64,000 nt of DNA from positions 401,281 through 465,280 of the forward strand of contig JAQGDQ010000164.1 of NCBI GenBank assembly GCA_030141605.1, written 5' to 3'. A program made the translations under genes and the position numbers. The notes beneath the pieces are model-generated. The model was not told the DNA's origin and searched no databases. It was given only the letters and a program-made list of their open reading frames with translations. Below are positions 1 to 12,529 of this stretch, piece after piece (position 1 is the stretch's first letter; each line of letters starts with the position of its first letter). The DNA is from Tubiluchus corallicola. Taxonomy: Eukaryota; Animalia; Priapulida.

Positions 1-596
1 TGTGAGGGCATGACAGTTGTTAAGACTCATTGACTCTAAATTATGTGATGTTTATAATGGTCAGAATTTATGATGACTTATGCTTCCATATAGAAAGACA
101 CGGAAAAATAAGAACATTCCTAACCCAGTACATTCACGATACCAAAAACTTTGCACCAACTAAAACCAAGTAACTTTTGTAAAACAACTTTTCTATGTTA
201 CAATCAATTTGAAAAGTTCTGATAAGGTTTTCTCAAGAATACCGTCATGAACAATATAAAATGTAGGTTCATCCAGTCTTACTGGCATTAGAAGCAAAGA
301 TGTATGGTCTTTAAATAAATAGTTGATTAAGTGAAGTGTGGTGACAAGATTCATGACCAGAAACAAATAGATTTCATTTTTAATACACCGGAGCACCTTG
401 AACATGGAATCATTATGGTAAATGAAACTGTCCCAGTGAGGATTGAACCCTGGCAGCTACCTACCCATTTATAAACAAACCTCGGCACTGGTTCACTTCT
501 ATCACTAAGCACACACCATAACCATTCGGTTATTTACCTTACCGCTGCAGCAATTAGCGTTCTTTCGAATATCCTGAACCGTTCAAAAACACTAAC

Positions 597-799
597 CTTT
601 ACAGAATAAGCGAGAGAGAGGGTAACGGCAAGTGGAAGACCTTCTGGAACGGCAACAACGAGCACGGTAACACCGATAATGAAGAACTTGACAAAATAGT
701 TGGCATAATATGGATTCCACGATTTGTCCTTTTTGACAAACTCGTCAAAGCAAAATGTGATGATGAGAATGACAACAGTGAGGATGGCAATGGCTGAAC
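597..799 (-). CDS. PMCA: PMCA coding exon 7 (TM3-TM4, PEGL motif); the gene continues beyond the window start
   Basis: atgtttgcag|GT TCA...TCT GTA AAG|gttagt, 203 nt. Translates [17 protein letters not shown]...[33 protein letters not shown]. The expected next exon (KMMKDNNLVR...) is not in the window. Confidence 0.97.
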
Positions 800-1771
800 C
801 TGCAAACATATAAAGGTAAGCAAGCAATTCATTATTTTATTAGAAAATAATTGATATTTATATCAACCAGATTTATTAAAATCATGCAATATGTTTTAAA
901 AAACAGTTGACATCATTGGAGACTGTAAAATAAAATAAAATTATATTATAACCAAAATTATTATTATTAATTTATTTTGTACCATAACGGATACGGCCAT
1001 ATATACAAATATACAAAACATAACAAGGAATTTTTAGTATATGCACACACAAAAAATGAAATTAGTGTGCATAAAATAAACAATTTATAAAAATGACGAA
1101 ATACATAAAAATATCATTAATTTTCACGTACCCTTCACAGATAATCTAGTAAATACACATTAAAAGCATTAATAACTAGACATTCACGTTACCAAACCCT
1201 TCTCATGTGACAATGACTATCATTAGCCACACCTACTGTATATATAACATTAAGTGAATATAATCAATGCTCAAGTTTTCAATTTTAGATAAGTTAAAGA
1301 TTCAATCTAGAGGACAAAACATAAACTGTTAAAATAAATCAAACTTAAAACAATTTTTGCTTGCTGGTTGTCAGAAGTTTTTTTAGTTCCTATTCCTGGA
1401 GTGCTTCAGATTTTCAAAATTAGTAAGCTACAAATCCTTTTAGGCGTCGTTTTGACAGCACAAGTTGTAATATTGGGATATTACATGACAATTTCAGGTG
1501 GTTTTTCTCTGTGATTAGACTTCCAACTAACAAAACTTTATTATGAATAGATTTTACTTAATTTTTTAAGTAATTCATAAAACCTCTAATAAAAATAGTA
1601 AAACTTTTAACAATCAGCCAAACAGTTTAATAACTTTAATAAGTCTACAAAATTCCTGAATTTCTTTTGCTTTTGTTAATAAGTTACATTATAACCGTGA
1701 ATGTTAGAGTGTTTACAAACAATTCGGTTCTTTTTCACAATTATTACCCATTGCGGAGATGTTGAAATATT

Positions 1772-1845
1772 GTGGACTGGTTGGGATTTGAACCCGAGAC
1801 CTGGGGTTAGTACTCCCATGCTCTACCAAGTAAGATATCAGCACA
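1772..1845 (-). mobile_element. tRNA-derived SINE head or tRNA pseudogene
   Basis: The minus strand carries an A-box-like ttggtagagc and a B box gggttcaaatccc with tRNA spacing, but the stems are not intact. Confidence 0.55.
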
Positions 1846-3732
1846 GCGTGACAAAGGAGGCCTGAGGTTTCCTCCTTGTAGCACACAATCCAACAGAGTC
1901 ACCCCTTGCCCATGACAGTAAGGGGATAGTTACTGTTATAACACTTTTCTCAAAGTAGCCAGCAACTACTACTTCTTTTGCATTCATGTCAAATTTTTAA
2001 AGAAAAGAAATAAAAGTGAATTTCATGTGGCTACGCTTGATTTTTGCTTATAAAAAGTAGAATGTTTTGTCCCGCAGGAAAAAGACAAGGTGTTTTTATA
2101 ATCATACATAATTCCTGTTTCGGTTGCAAACAGTCCTGATGCTGATGTACTCACGACCAATATCACACCAGTAAACATTAGTAGCAGCAAATGAAAATGA
2201 CAGCAGTTTTTTGCAGCGACCATTAATAACAGCCGATGCCACGTCTTTTAGAAGGGCATGCAGGGCACAATCAGCTTCTCCCACGCATTGTTCTTCGCCT
2301 CCACTCAAGGTTAAGTATCTAACTAAAGTTTTTAATGCAGTGTAACTGACAGGCAGCGTTTCAAGCCTAATGAGAATGCTGCCCGATTTTAAAAACTGAT
2401 GGCGAAGAAAATACAACAATACGATTTGCAAATTGGTCACACAATGTTAAACTGAAAAATCGTAGGAAAATTCTGGTCAAGCCGAGGAACATAAATACAT
2501 TAGGGAAGAATATTGAATGGACGGACGGGGTGCGTGTCGTACTGGAAAAGATCCATATTAGGCCTTGCATTTTCACTTTATTCACATAATTAATCTTAGT
2601 TTGTAAACAAGATACATGCTAAAATTGCTAAGAAATCATGCTGTTATATACTAACTAAACCTGTATTCACTACATTTACGTTTTATATAAATTATTAAGT
2701 ACTCCAGCATGTACAAATATATTTTTTCTCAATTAGAGCCAGATGAGACTATTGAAAGTTGCGAATTAAGCAACTTTGTCACAGTAGAAGCGCTAAACTC
2801 AATCAAATGTCTTTGGTTATGAGACTATGCCGTGAGGCGCATTAATTGAATTACACAGTACAAAGCTGCTATGCGAAAAACTAGGATGGTGCTCCTCCTA
2901 GGGGAATCAGAACTTGCACCAGGAAGCAGTGCTCCTTTTAATAAGAGGAATGTGATTACTGGTTTAAACTACCCTGAGCAAGAAAAATGAAAACTGGTAA
3001 AGTAGATTTACACAATAAAGAGCTAGCTGTCAAGTAGGAATTTAATTTTAGTTTAAACATGTTTAGGGCATATTACATTGACATAAATTCATACTATGTA
3101 AGTTCTAAAAATCAAGTGTGCAAGAAAATTTCCATCTCCTTTCATCTTTTTTCAGATCCACACCATTTGAACAATAAATCAATTGTACGAATGTTGAGTT
3201 AAGAGATTTAGAACTGAAATCAATGACAAATATACGTGAATATAAGACGGAAGCCGAGTGGAAATTCCTAACTTAATATGATTTGTGCTGGTTGGCTGAA
3301 ACACACTACAAAAAACAATTTCATAGAAAATAACGCAAAGTGTAGGATTATCTAAGGATAATGATTTCAAAACGGAAGAAGCCAAAATGCCTGCTATGTT
3401 ATATACACTGTGTGTTGTTTGTGAAAACATTAGTTGGCAAACCAGACAAAAACAATTGGAAACACTTATGGTATCAACACTTTTCTCAAATTAGCTGGCA
3501 ACTAACGATATCATTAATTAGTTAAATTATGACTGTGGCTGCTAGAGAGTAGAGTCAGAGAAGTGATACTGGTAATCACAGTCATAATCTAACTAATTAA
3601 AAACTACGAGAAAGAATTTAGGAAAAAACAGGATACAAATATAAATGGCTAAAAATGGACAAAAAGAACGAGACATCTGGCAAGCTTATTTTCAAGAGTT
3701 AACCAACAAAATGTGTTTAATTCATGACTTAC

Positions 3733-3975
3733 CAATGTAACCAATCTGTATAGCTAATTTTGTGAGTTTAGCTTGTAGTACAGATTTGTCTTTAACATTA
3801 AATCCCTGCTGATCCTCAGCCTCGCCTTCGACCCCGACTGACGAGTCGGCTCCCGGATCTACGATTTGCACTTTCTTGTCATTCTGTGTCTTTTCGACCA
3901 AATCTTCCTTGTGGTTGGTCTGCAGCTGAGACTGTACTTCGTTGAGAACGATGTTGTCCTCAGCTTGTGTTTCAT
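3733..3975 (-). CDS. PMCA: PMCA coding exon 6 (first cytosolic loop, acidic-phospholipid-binding region)
   Basis: aactttgtag|AT GAA...TAC ATT G|gtaagt, 243 nt, phase 1-1. Ends ...DKSVLQAKLTKLAIQIGYIG, the conserved PMCA KSVLQ.KLTKLA.QIG motif. Confidence 0.93.
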
Positions 3976-4572
3976 CTACAAAGTTATCAAATACTACATG
4001 TTTGTGCTTTAGTTTAGCAAGAGAAGTAAACTCGAAAGCAGGGAAATTGTACAGTAACTGTTGGTCAGAATAAACAATTCCAAATTCGCTCTTTCATTTA
4101 AATGCTTTTAAAAAATGCCAACCAGGAAAAGTATAATATTAATACTTTTACTGATACTAAATTACAAGATGTAAATAAGAAAAACGCAGATAGAAAAAAT
4201 TTCATTACAAAACAAATAGAAACGCAACAATATAGCTTGATTTTTTTAAGTCATATAACATGACATAACATATGACACAACAGCACAAGACACTTTGAAA
4301 GTCACGACAACATCATCAATAACAAATTTAAAATTTGACAAAAGTTAATTTCTTCAAGAAATACAGTAATATTTTATCTTTAGTCCAGTTTAGAGAGATT
4401 CTTTTCATCATTAGAGCACTTTGTGTTAAAAGGTTACTATAACTCTGTACATAGTTACTGCAGAATATATCGACACCGAACATGGCATGATAATGTTCAT
4501 GGTAAAAAAACAATGGCATGATAAGAGAAAATAAGTAACTGGAGAACAAGTGATTATATGGAATGTGATTAA

Positions 4573-5193
4573 CCCTTTCACTACGGATGGCGGCACACTG
4601 TCGCCTACATTTTTCTTGTAAGGAACTGAAGGTGACAGATTGCCGCCAGAGGTAAGCGCAGTTAAGTTACCCAGGTCTGCTTATTTTTGCTGCTACGGTC
4701 ATGCAAAAACAATTTAGAAGAGTTTAACAGCGGTGGGATTGGCATTGCTTTGCAACAAGTAACGCTAACCAGCCAATCAGCATCTAAAGCCAGGTGCATT
4801 CCATAATACTGTACTGTATGGTCTGTTTCCATGCAAAATCACTTGCAGATCATTGATGAAACGCATGTTTAGTCACTTATTCTGCATCCTTATAAAATAA
4901 TTGCATATTATGGATCAGTAATATGACTTTTGTGAAAATTAGCTTCTAAATATATGTATGTCCTATATGCACGGGCGTGTACGTGCATATATGCGTGCAT
5001 GAGTGCATGTGTACGTGCATGGGTGTGTGTGCATGTATACAAATAAAACTAACATTCAATATTAGTGTTTTATAATATGACTGTTATTTGTTTATTTACA
5101 ATATTATTTTTTAGTAAAACACCACATGAAGTTATTGTCAAATGTGCAGAAGCCAAAGCAGCCCTGTTAAAAAGCAACTACGTAGTGAAAGGG
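4573..5193. mobile_element. piggyBac-like MITE (621 bp)
   Basis: Perfect 13-bp TIRs CCCTTTCACTACG (4573-4585) and CGTAGTGAAAGGG (5181-5193), flanked by TTAA on both sides. No transposase ORF. Confidence 0.85.
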
Positions 5194-8100
5194 TTAACCA
5201 TGAAGCACTTTGTTAAAAAACTAATCATTTCCATTGTAAACTTTTAATTTTTGTCATTCGCCGAGTTGCATGTCCTAATAACATGGAGAAAATTCATAAA
5301 AAAATGCCACAAAAAAGAAGAAAGGTAGTGTTTAATCTTACCACTGTAGACCATCTTCACGTGAAAAAAGACAGAGACAATCACAAAATACTAACAATTG
5401 TAATCTACAATTGCATTTGCAATAAATGTAAAATTTAATTATTACATTTGGTTTTGTAAGGTAAACACATTCAATATCAATAGCAGAAGACACCATAAGA
5501 ACACAGTCACATAAAACAGCGTACGTTGCACAGAACACAAGCAGCAGAAAACGTTACAAAAGCACTAGGACAGGATCACAGGACAGAAGTAAATAACTTC
5601 TAGCAACAAACTGTTTGATGCACGCAAACCGTTTGTGGTGGGTTACATTTAGTGATCATTTGTCATTATCACCTAAAGTTAGTCCACAGTGGTGGAGTGA
5701 AAATTCGTGTCTTTTCCTTTAATGAGAGATTTTAACGAATTCTATGTCTTTACAAAACAGTCAGGGCTTCATGGGGAATCTTTTTGTTGATATAAATAAT
5801 TGTGCAATTATGCTAAAACTGGTTTATGTTTTCAAAGTCATAATTTTAGACTTCGTAGAGTGCTAAAGCCTGGTGCACACGGACAAGAAAAAATAATGAG
5901 ACAAGAAATAGAACATACTAAATCTGATGTCCATGTATGCTACAAAAAACACAAAAAAAGAAAATTGAAATTTTGTTTCGTGAAATGTTTTGCAATTCCA
6001 GTTTTAGCATAATTACGTATGCCAATGCGGGATAATTCCATACAAAACATCTTCTTGTTTGTCAACTTGCACAAATAAAGCATGCATTGCCACAGCACAG
6101 TGTAATAAACTCTTTACACCAAAAAATAATGAAAACTGCATTTCTCCATGCACGGCACTGTGATCTATCATAAGCAAAACTTACCTAGGAAATCATAAAA
6201 TTGCAAACTGCAAATTAAACCCGACGGAACAACAAACATGGGGGGTAGAAAATAAACAAAGACAACCACTGCAAGAAATGTTACACTTGCAAATAAACAA
6301 TGACAAAAACTTTTCTGCAACAAAAAAATTGGGAATAATCCTGAATAATTCCCCTAAATGACTGCCTAAGTCATTTGAACGGGAACTGTGACTTACAAAT
6401 GGAGGGCGCAATTCCCTCGTGTCCAAAAATCAAAATTTAAGGAAAAAATATTTTCTCATAATGCATTGCCATCATGCTGTACTGTAGCACGGCATTCCAC
6501 CGGCAACGTATGACATGTCATACGTTTTACAAAGCAATAAGCTCTCTGGGGTCGAAAGATAAAGAAAGAAACAGATACAAATAAATCATTCATTCAAGCA
6601 TTCAATACACATGTAATCAGTAGCATCAAACCTTGCGGAATTTCCTGCATCTCTTTATTTTTGCTTTTTTTGCCTAAAGATGGCACCGTCGGCCATGCAA
6701 AAGAAAGGAAAGCAAATTCGTCAATAGAAAAAGAGCCACTATTTATGACGACAATAAAATAAAAACACATTTTAGAAATGCAATTTTCTAGCTTCAATTT
6801 CCATAATATGTTTTTATTTCCTCAGAATATTAGATGTTCATTCGTTTACAAGATGTGAGAGACAGCCTCAAAACAACATTACAACATCTAAAATAAAGTA
6901 AATTCTTGGAAAACACAATTCCTAAATTTATATAGGTTAGTACGGCTGTCTGTAATTTGCAACACAGAAAAACCACTAGAGGTTTTCGACTTAACAAGCA
7001 CAATGTGCAAAAAATGTAAAAATATCCATAGCGGTCAGCTGAGTAGTAACAGCATGTGACTTACGACCAAAGTAAAGCAATATTACGACCAAGTTAAACG
7101 GATGAGTGATCACTGGTAAAACTGTCTCCAGGTGTTTTTAGCTTCTTAGCTGCATCTGCATTTATCTTTTTGATGGAAAACACATACACATCCAAATGGA
7201 AGACATATCTACTGGTTCAGTAGCTCACTAAGGATTATCTTTGATAAACTATATTACTGTTCTGCCAAATGTGCTAAATAAGCCCTCTCATTTAGTGTTG
7301 GATATCAGCCTACAGCATGCTAAACAATGAAAAACATGAAAAATGTAAATGTCAATTTAAACAAGCTAAGATTATGTCTAAGGCAATGACACACTTATGA
7401 TTTGAGTTGAGTCAACAGCCAGCAAAATCATGAGCAAGAGTGGAAACCATTGTCTCACATCAACAGTCCAAAAACGCTGCAAGAAGTCTGCTAACTGTGA
7501 CAGTACTTGCACTTTCTTGGACAATGATTTGCGTACTTTTTTCACGATGTTTGGTAAAAGATGGCTATGAAAATGTTGATAACATGGCAGCACCCTTAAA
7601 GTGCTCACATGAGCACACAAAAGTCCTGTATACATATATACATCAGTTTGCTTGAAAATCAACAATTAATTATTCACAAGCTTCAATAAAACTCTGACTT
7701 TCTCAACAATACAATCCCAATGCCCGCAGTATTCTCCTAAACGAATAACATTTTCAAAAACACAACTTTCAAATGTCCTCATGCACAATTGAAACAATTT
7801 CTGCATGACAAAACAAGTGAGCTCGATGCTTTGATGCCCTGTATTATCAAGAAAAAACACACAACACACAATCACACACAGAAAATCATGCAAGGCTAAT
7901 AATTAAAACTGAATCAATACCGAAGGAGAAACGTTCGTTTGATAAGCAATTTATACAATAACAAGCCGAGAGAATAACGCGGCAATAATAATTCTTCACA
8001 AAAACATCCCGGTGGAAAATGTCCTTTGAAGCGTTTGAGAATTTTCGGCGTTAAGCGTACTCATAAAACGAACTTTAACAAAATCCATCTACCAAGTTGG

Positions 8101-10164
8101 GAAATTTGCGCCGATAATCCAACTTAATGACCCCGACAAAAGCCCGACGTTATCAGACTATGGTCATGTGCGGCATCAACGCTGCTGGGCTGGTAATACT
8201 GTGTATCTGGGTGTCGTCTGTCGAATCCGAGAAAATTTTACGAGGTTTAGGATATACATCACTGACAAAAGTGTCTCATATGCAAACATTACTCCAGAAA
8301 TGTAATGAATTTTTCCGATCTATAGCTTTTAAGTAATCTTTCGTTGCAGAACAAAGTGAAAATCAATACCAATACATGGAACTGAATGCTATATATACAT
8401 ATTTGCCACAAGCAAGATGACTGTAAATGTTGTAAAAAACCTGCAGCTAATGAGCTTGTCTAGTTAATCATACTGATAAATGTTTATCCATTAGCTAAAG
8501 AATAGATAGACAATATAACACAAAGCTCATTTCACGAGAAACAGAAACTTGATCCATCATAGCATTTTAACCCACAACTATTAGCATACTGCAAGCTAGT
8601 GACCAGCACTCAACAGCAATACCTTCTTAGTTTACATGTTTGTGGCAGGACCAGAGCCTGGCTAATTATCAAGGCCTCAACGTTTGGATGCCATCCATTT
8701 TAACACCGTTAATTACTCAGCTACTTCCTTTGCTCATCACTGTACATGATCAGTAGTTCATAAATTATGCTAAGCAGTGTGAAACTGAATTCACAAAATC
8801 GACTTTGTGCATTTTGATTAAGCAGTGCAGGCAGAAAACATCAAAAAGTCAATGGCTAAGCACTAATTTTATAGTCTTGCATCAGCGCAACAAACTCACA
8901 AGGTTTTCTAAATGCTGATAGTAGCACGATAATTCTCAGTTGTTCAGTTCTGTAGAACTGTCTTCCTCATACAGAAAGGAATATATGACTAGTTGACTTT
9001 TCTGTTTTACAGGTATTTTAGTCCAGGTTACTCAACAGTATGTGGAATTAATTTGTAACTAACGGTGCCAAGAAATGGTCATGCAGCGTAGGCTACTTTA
9101 AATAATGCTACAGTACATTCTCCAATCCACTCCAATCCAATCTGAACAGACAGAAAATAACCATCATCAACGTTAATCTCTTGTTTCTTAACGATGTTTC
9201 TCTCTTGCTGTCATTTATGAGTGACAATCTTCTAAACCATGTTTATCTGTAAACATGTCCAGATTCAAACCAAACCAGTTGCGAGCTAGCTGTACAAGAT
9301 GATTGGTGGTCCAATCAGCTTAAGTGTTGTTGTAAATCTTAGTCATCAATTTCACATTGATATTGTCAAGATTACGTCCCGTCTGACAGAACCGTTTAAC
9401 TTTTAAGCCACAAACGAAGCTGACACGAGTGTGGATTCAGATTTTGACATTTAAAGTAGTGAGCAAAGACGTACAGGTATTTAACAAAAACTAGTTCTTA
9501 CGGAGAAAAATGGCCGATTTTTTGTCAAATGTTAAGAGTCATGAAACAGGGCGAAAACTTACACATTTCTGCAGAAAAGCTATAAAACTGGGTGCCGCAG
9601 TAACTGTATGGATAGCCTCATTGGGAAATACATTCTAGAGAGAAGACGAGACATCCAGACTCACTTTCATAAAAGATGGCTAACACTACACAAAACTATA
9701 CACAGTGAATATGGTTTCACCCTAACAGCCCCTTATAGTGGCAATTTCTGGAACCCACATGTTCAGAAAGAATGAGCTTCAGAAATATCAGGTTCAGAAA
9801 TGCTGTCATCTTTAAAAAGTGTATAGTAAACATGACGGGCATGCGTTAAATTCCACCAAAGCTTACAACGTCAATGCAGGACTGAAGAATGCTGCCTTAA
9901 GGGCGGCTTATGCTTGTTTGAAACGACAACAGACACAAACGTCGGAATACTAAGCAGGCATCTGTGAAGTTCTCGAACAAGCTTAACAGCAGAGCCACTT
10001 AGTAAATTAAGTATCAACACATCTAGGAAATTTTTCCTAGATGCTTAATCTAGGAAATTTTTCCTAGATGCTTATGTGCTTACAAGAAAAATTATATGCT
10101 TACAAGTCTGAAATGAGTACACCATCTGCGATTGTAAGTACCGAGTTTCTTTATACAATATTTT

Positions 10165-10823
10165 GAAATCAAGCTCAAGGCTCAAAATCAAGCTCCAGTC
10201 TCAAAATCAAGCTCCAGTCTCAAAATCAAGCTCGAGTCTCAAAATCAAGCTCGAGTCTCAAAATCAAGCTCGAGTCTCAAAATCAAGCTCCAGTCTCAAA
10301 ACCAAGCTCGAGTCTCAAAACCAAGCTCGAGTCTCAAAATTAAGCTCGAGTCTCAAAATCAAGCTCGAGTCTCAAAATCAAGCTCGAGTCTCAAAATCAA
10401 GCTCGAGTCTCAAAATCAAGCTCCAGTCTCAAAATCAAGCTGGAGTCACTAAATGAAGCTCCAGTCTCAAAATCAAACTCCAGTCTCAAAATCAAGCTCC
10501 GGTCTCAAAATCAAGCTCCGGTCTCAAAATCAAGCTCCGGTCTCAAAATCAAGCTCCGGTCTCAAAATCAAGCTCGAGTCTCAAAATCAAGCTCGAGTCT
10601 CAAAATCAAGCTCGAGTCTCAAAATCAAGCTCCAGTCTCAAAATCAAGCTCCAGTCTCAAAATCAAGCTCTAGTCTCAAAATCAAGCTCGAGTCTCAAAA
10701 TCAAGCTCGAGCCTCAAAATCAAGATCCAGTCTCAAAATCAAGCTCCAGTCTCAAAATCAAGCTCTAGTCTCAAAATCAAGCTCCAGTCTCAAAATCAAG
10801 CTCGAGTCTCAAAATCAAGCTCC
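10165..10823. repeat. 19-bp minisatellite (AAAATCAAGCTCGAGTCTC)n, ~34 copies
   Basis: Head-to-tail units with no spacers. The core hexamer varies among CTCGAG, CTCCAG, CTCCGG and CTCTAG. Confidence 0.97.
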
Positions 10824-11157
10824 ACAAACCTTTGACATCCGAGATCAAAGTGCACAATTTGGACCAGAAGATAGAAAACCAGGAATTTAACAAGATGAAA
10901 ATATGATCCAATGTAGATTTTATAGGGACAAACGCAATGGGAAATTTTACAGGACAAAATGGTAACGCAAATTTCCACGCCAAGATTCAATACCAAGAAA
11001 AAAAGCTGAAAAACAAGTTCGGTTACCTTCAATATAAGTTTCTTTATTGTTTTGGAAATAACAATATTATTAAATCCAGTTAATATTATCATTACCACAA
11101 TCATATTCATTATCAAACTGTTGTAATTAGTAACAATCACTTTATGAATGTCCGTAC

Positions 11158-11295
11158 CTTTTTTCTTTTTCTCTTTTGTTTGCTTCGTTTGCTCTTCTGT
11201 AGCTGCACCTAGCAAGGTAAAAATAATTCCCGTCTGGGAATTTATCCCCACTGCTACAGTTAACATCTTTCCGCTGCCTTCCATCACGTGCGTGC
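11158..11295 (-). CDS. PMCA: PMCA coding exon 5 (ends at splice site A)
   Basis: actttgtag|GC ACG...AAA AAA G|gtacgg, 138 nt, phase 1-1. Translates [45 protein letters not shown]. Confidence 0.95.
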
Positions 11296-12529
11296 CTACA
11301 AAGTAGATCAATATCAACTTTATTCGTGCTGTCATATTAAAAGTTTTCTATGAATACAAACTAACTGCTCCTATCTAAAGCCTAGCATATCTATATATAG
11401 ATAGAATACAGGGCAAGAAGATGACAAAAACACCATGCTAATGTGTCTTGCAGGGTTTTCGTGTTCGTCCATATGTGCACATAAAATGAACACCCCCCCA
11501 TACAAGAAACTAAAACATGCTGCCCAAAACAGTATTTTATAATGAAGGCGATAAAGGCTGCCATTTTCTTCATGCGTGACTTGTTTTCCATGACTAGTTT
11601 TGTTGCCCTGCAGTTATTTAGCGCTTCATGAAATGGCCAATGTATGCGGCCGACAAACTTCTTGCTTCTGTTTCACGAATCAAGCACTGCTTGTTCGACA
11701 TTACGTTTCGAAAAACATTTGTTTTTGTTTTTTTTTCTATTACACGAGGACGACAAATACCTTGTTTTCTGTTTTCCATTTCGTGCTTTTTCCAATCCAT
11801 GTGTGTTAAACTTAATAACCTTTTCACCAATACTTGTTTGACGGCTTTTGAAGTTACGAAGTCATTCATCACCAAAATTATTTCACTATATCTTGCTATG
11901 CTTTATGGTTTCAAGTTTAACTATATTATTCACGTATTTTTGTTTTAGCGATACCATACCTGAAGTAACAACATACTATGCCAGCTGCAACACAAATATA
12001 ATTGAACTCGGTACGCCTTGCATATTACGTAATGGTTTAATTGGTAAAAGGAAAAAGGAAGCCATCTGGAAAATTAGGCTTATTTCAATGTTTAGCAATT
12101 TAGCAATAAAAGCGTAATAAGCACCCGGTGTATTAGTAACATCACTCTAAAGTTGCGACCGCTTAACGCTTGGGTGCTTCCATTTTGAATGCCCATTTTT
12201 CCACCAGTGATGTCATTCATCAAGAAAAACAAGACAATGTTAATTTTTCTCAAAGTATAATAAGTTTCTACAATAATTAAAAACAATTGTGGTATTTTTG
12301 CAAGAACATTAAGCTGCAAAAGTTTGAATTAGTTTAAGCAGAGTGCGCTTATGGAAAGTTCCGATGCAGTAAAGAAATCACGCATCCACCATGCTTTATA
12401 GACAGTTTTATTGTAAATTTCTTTGTTATATTTTTCTGAGTTTACGTGATAACAGCCAAATAAGCTCTACATTGCTAAGTGATTTGTGTTTTTCTTAAAT
12501 AATACACCACACGTAAGGTAAATATTTAC

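Noticed and set aside
6397-6415. 19-nt microexon candidate ending TTT|gtaagt
   Set aside because: It needs a rare GAG acceptor and shifts the frame unless paired with the 23-nt candidate, which is too speculative.
7065-7155. Possible site-A exon encoding DAAKKLKTPG...
   Set aside because: The acceptor has no pyrimidine tract, and an in-frame TAA precedes the only strong donor (gtaagt near 7064).
10163-10890. Repetitive ORFs ([18 protein letters not shown]...) and a CRISPR-like appearance
   Set aside because: They are translations of a 19-bp minisatellite that lacks + strand stops. There are no unique spacers or cas genes, and the context is a eukaryotic intron.
10796-11335. 179-aa ORF as a stand-alone gene
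   Set aside because: Only 11295-11158 is PMCA exon; the rest is read-through into intron. The same applies to ORFs 534-827, 13132-13476 and 14209-14457.
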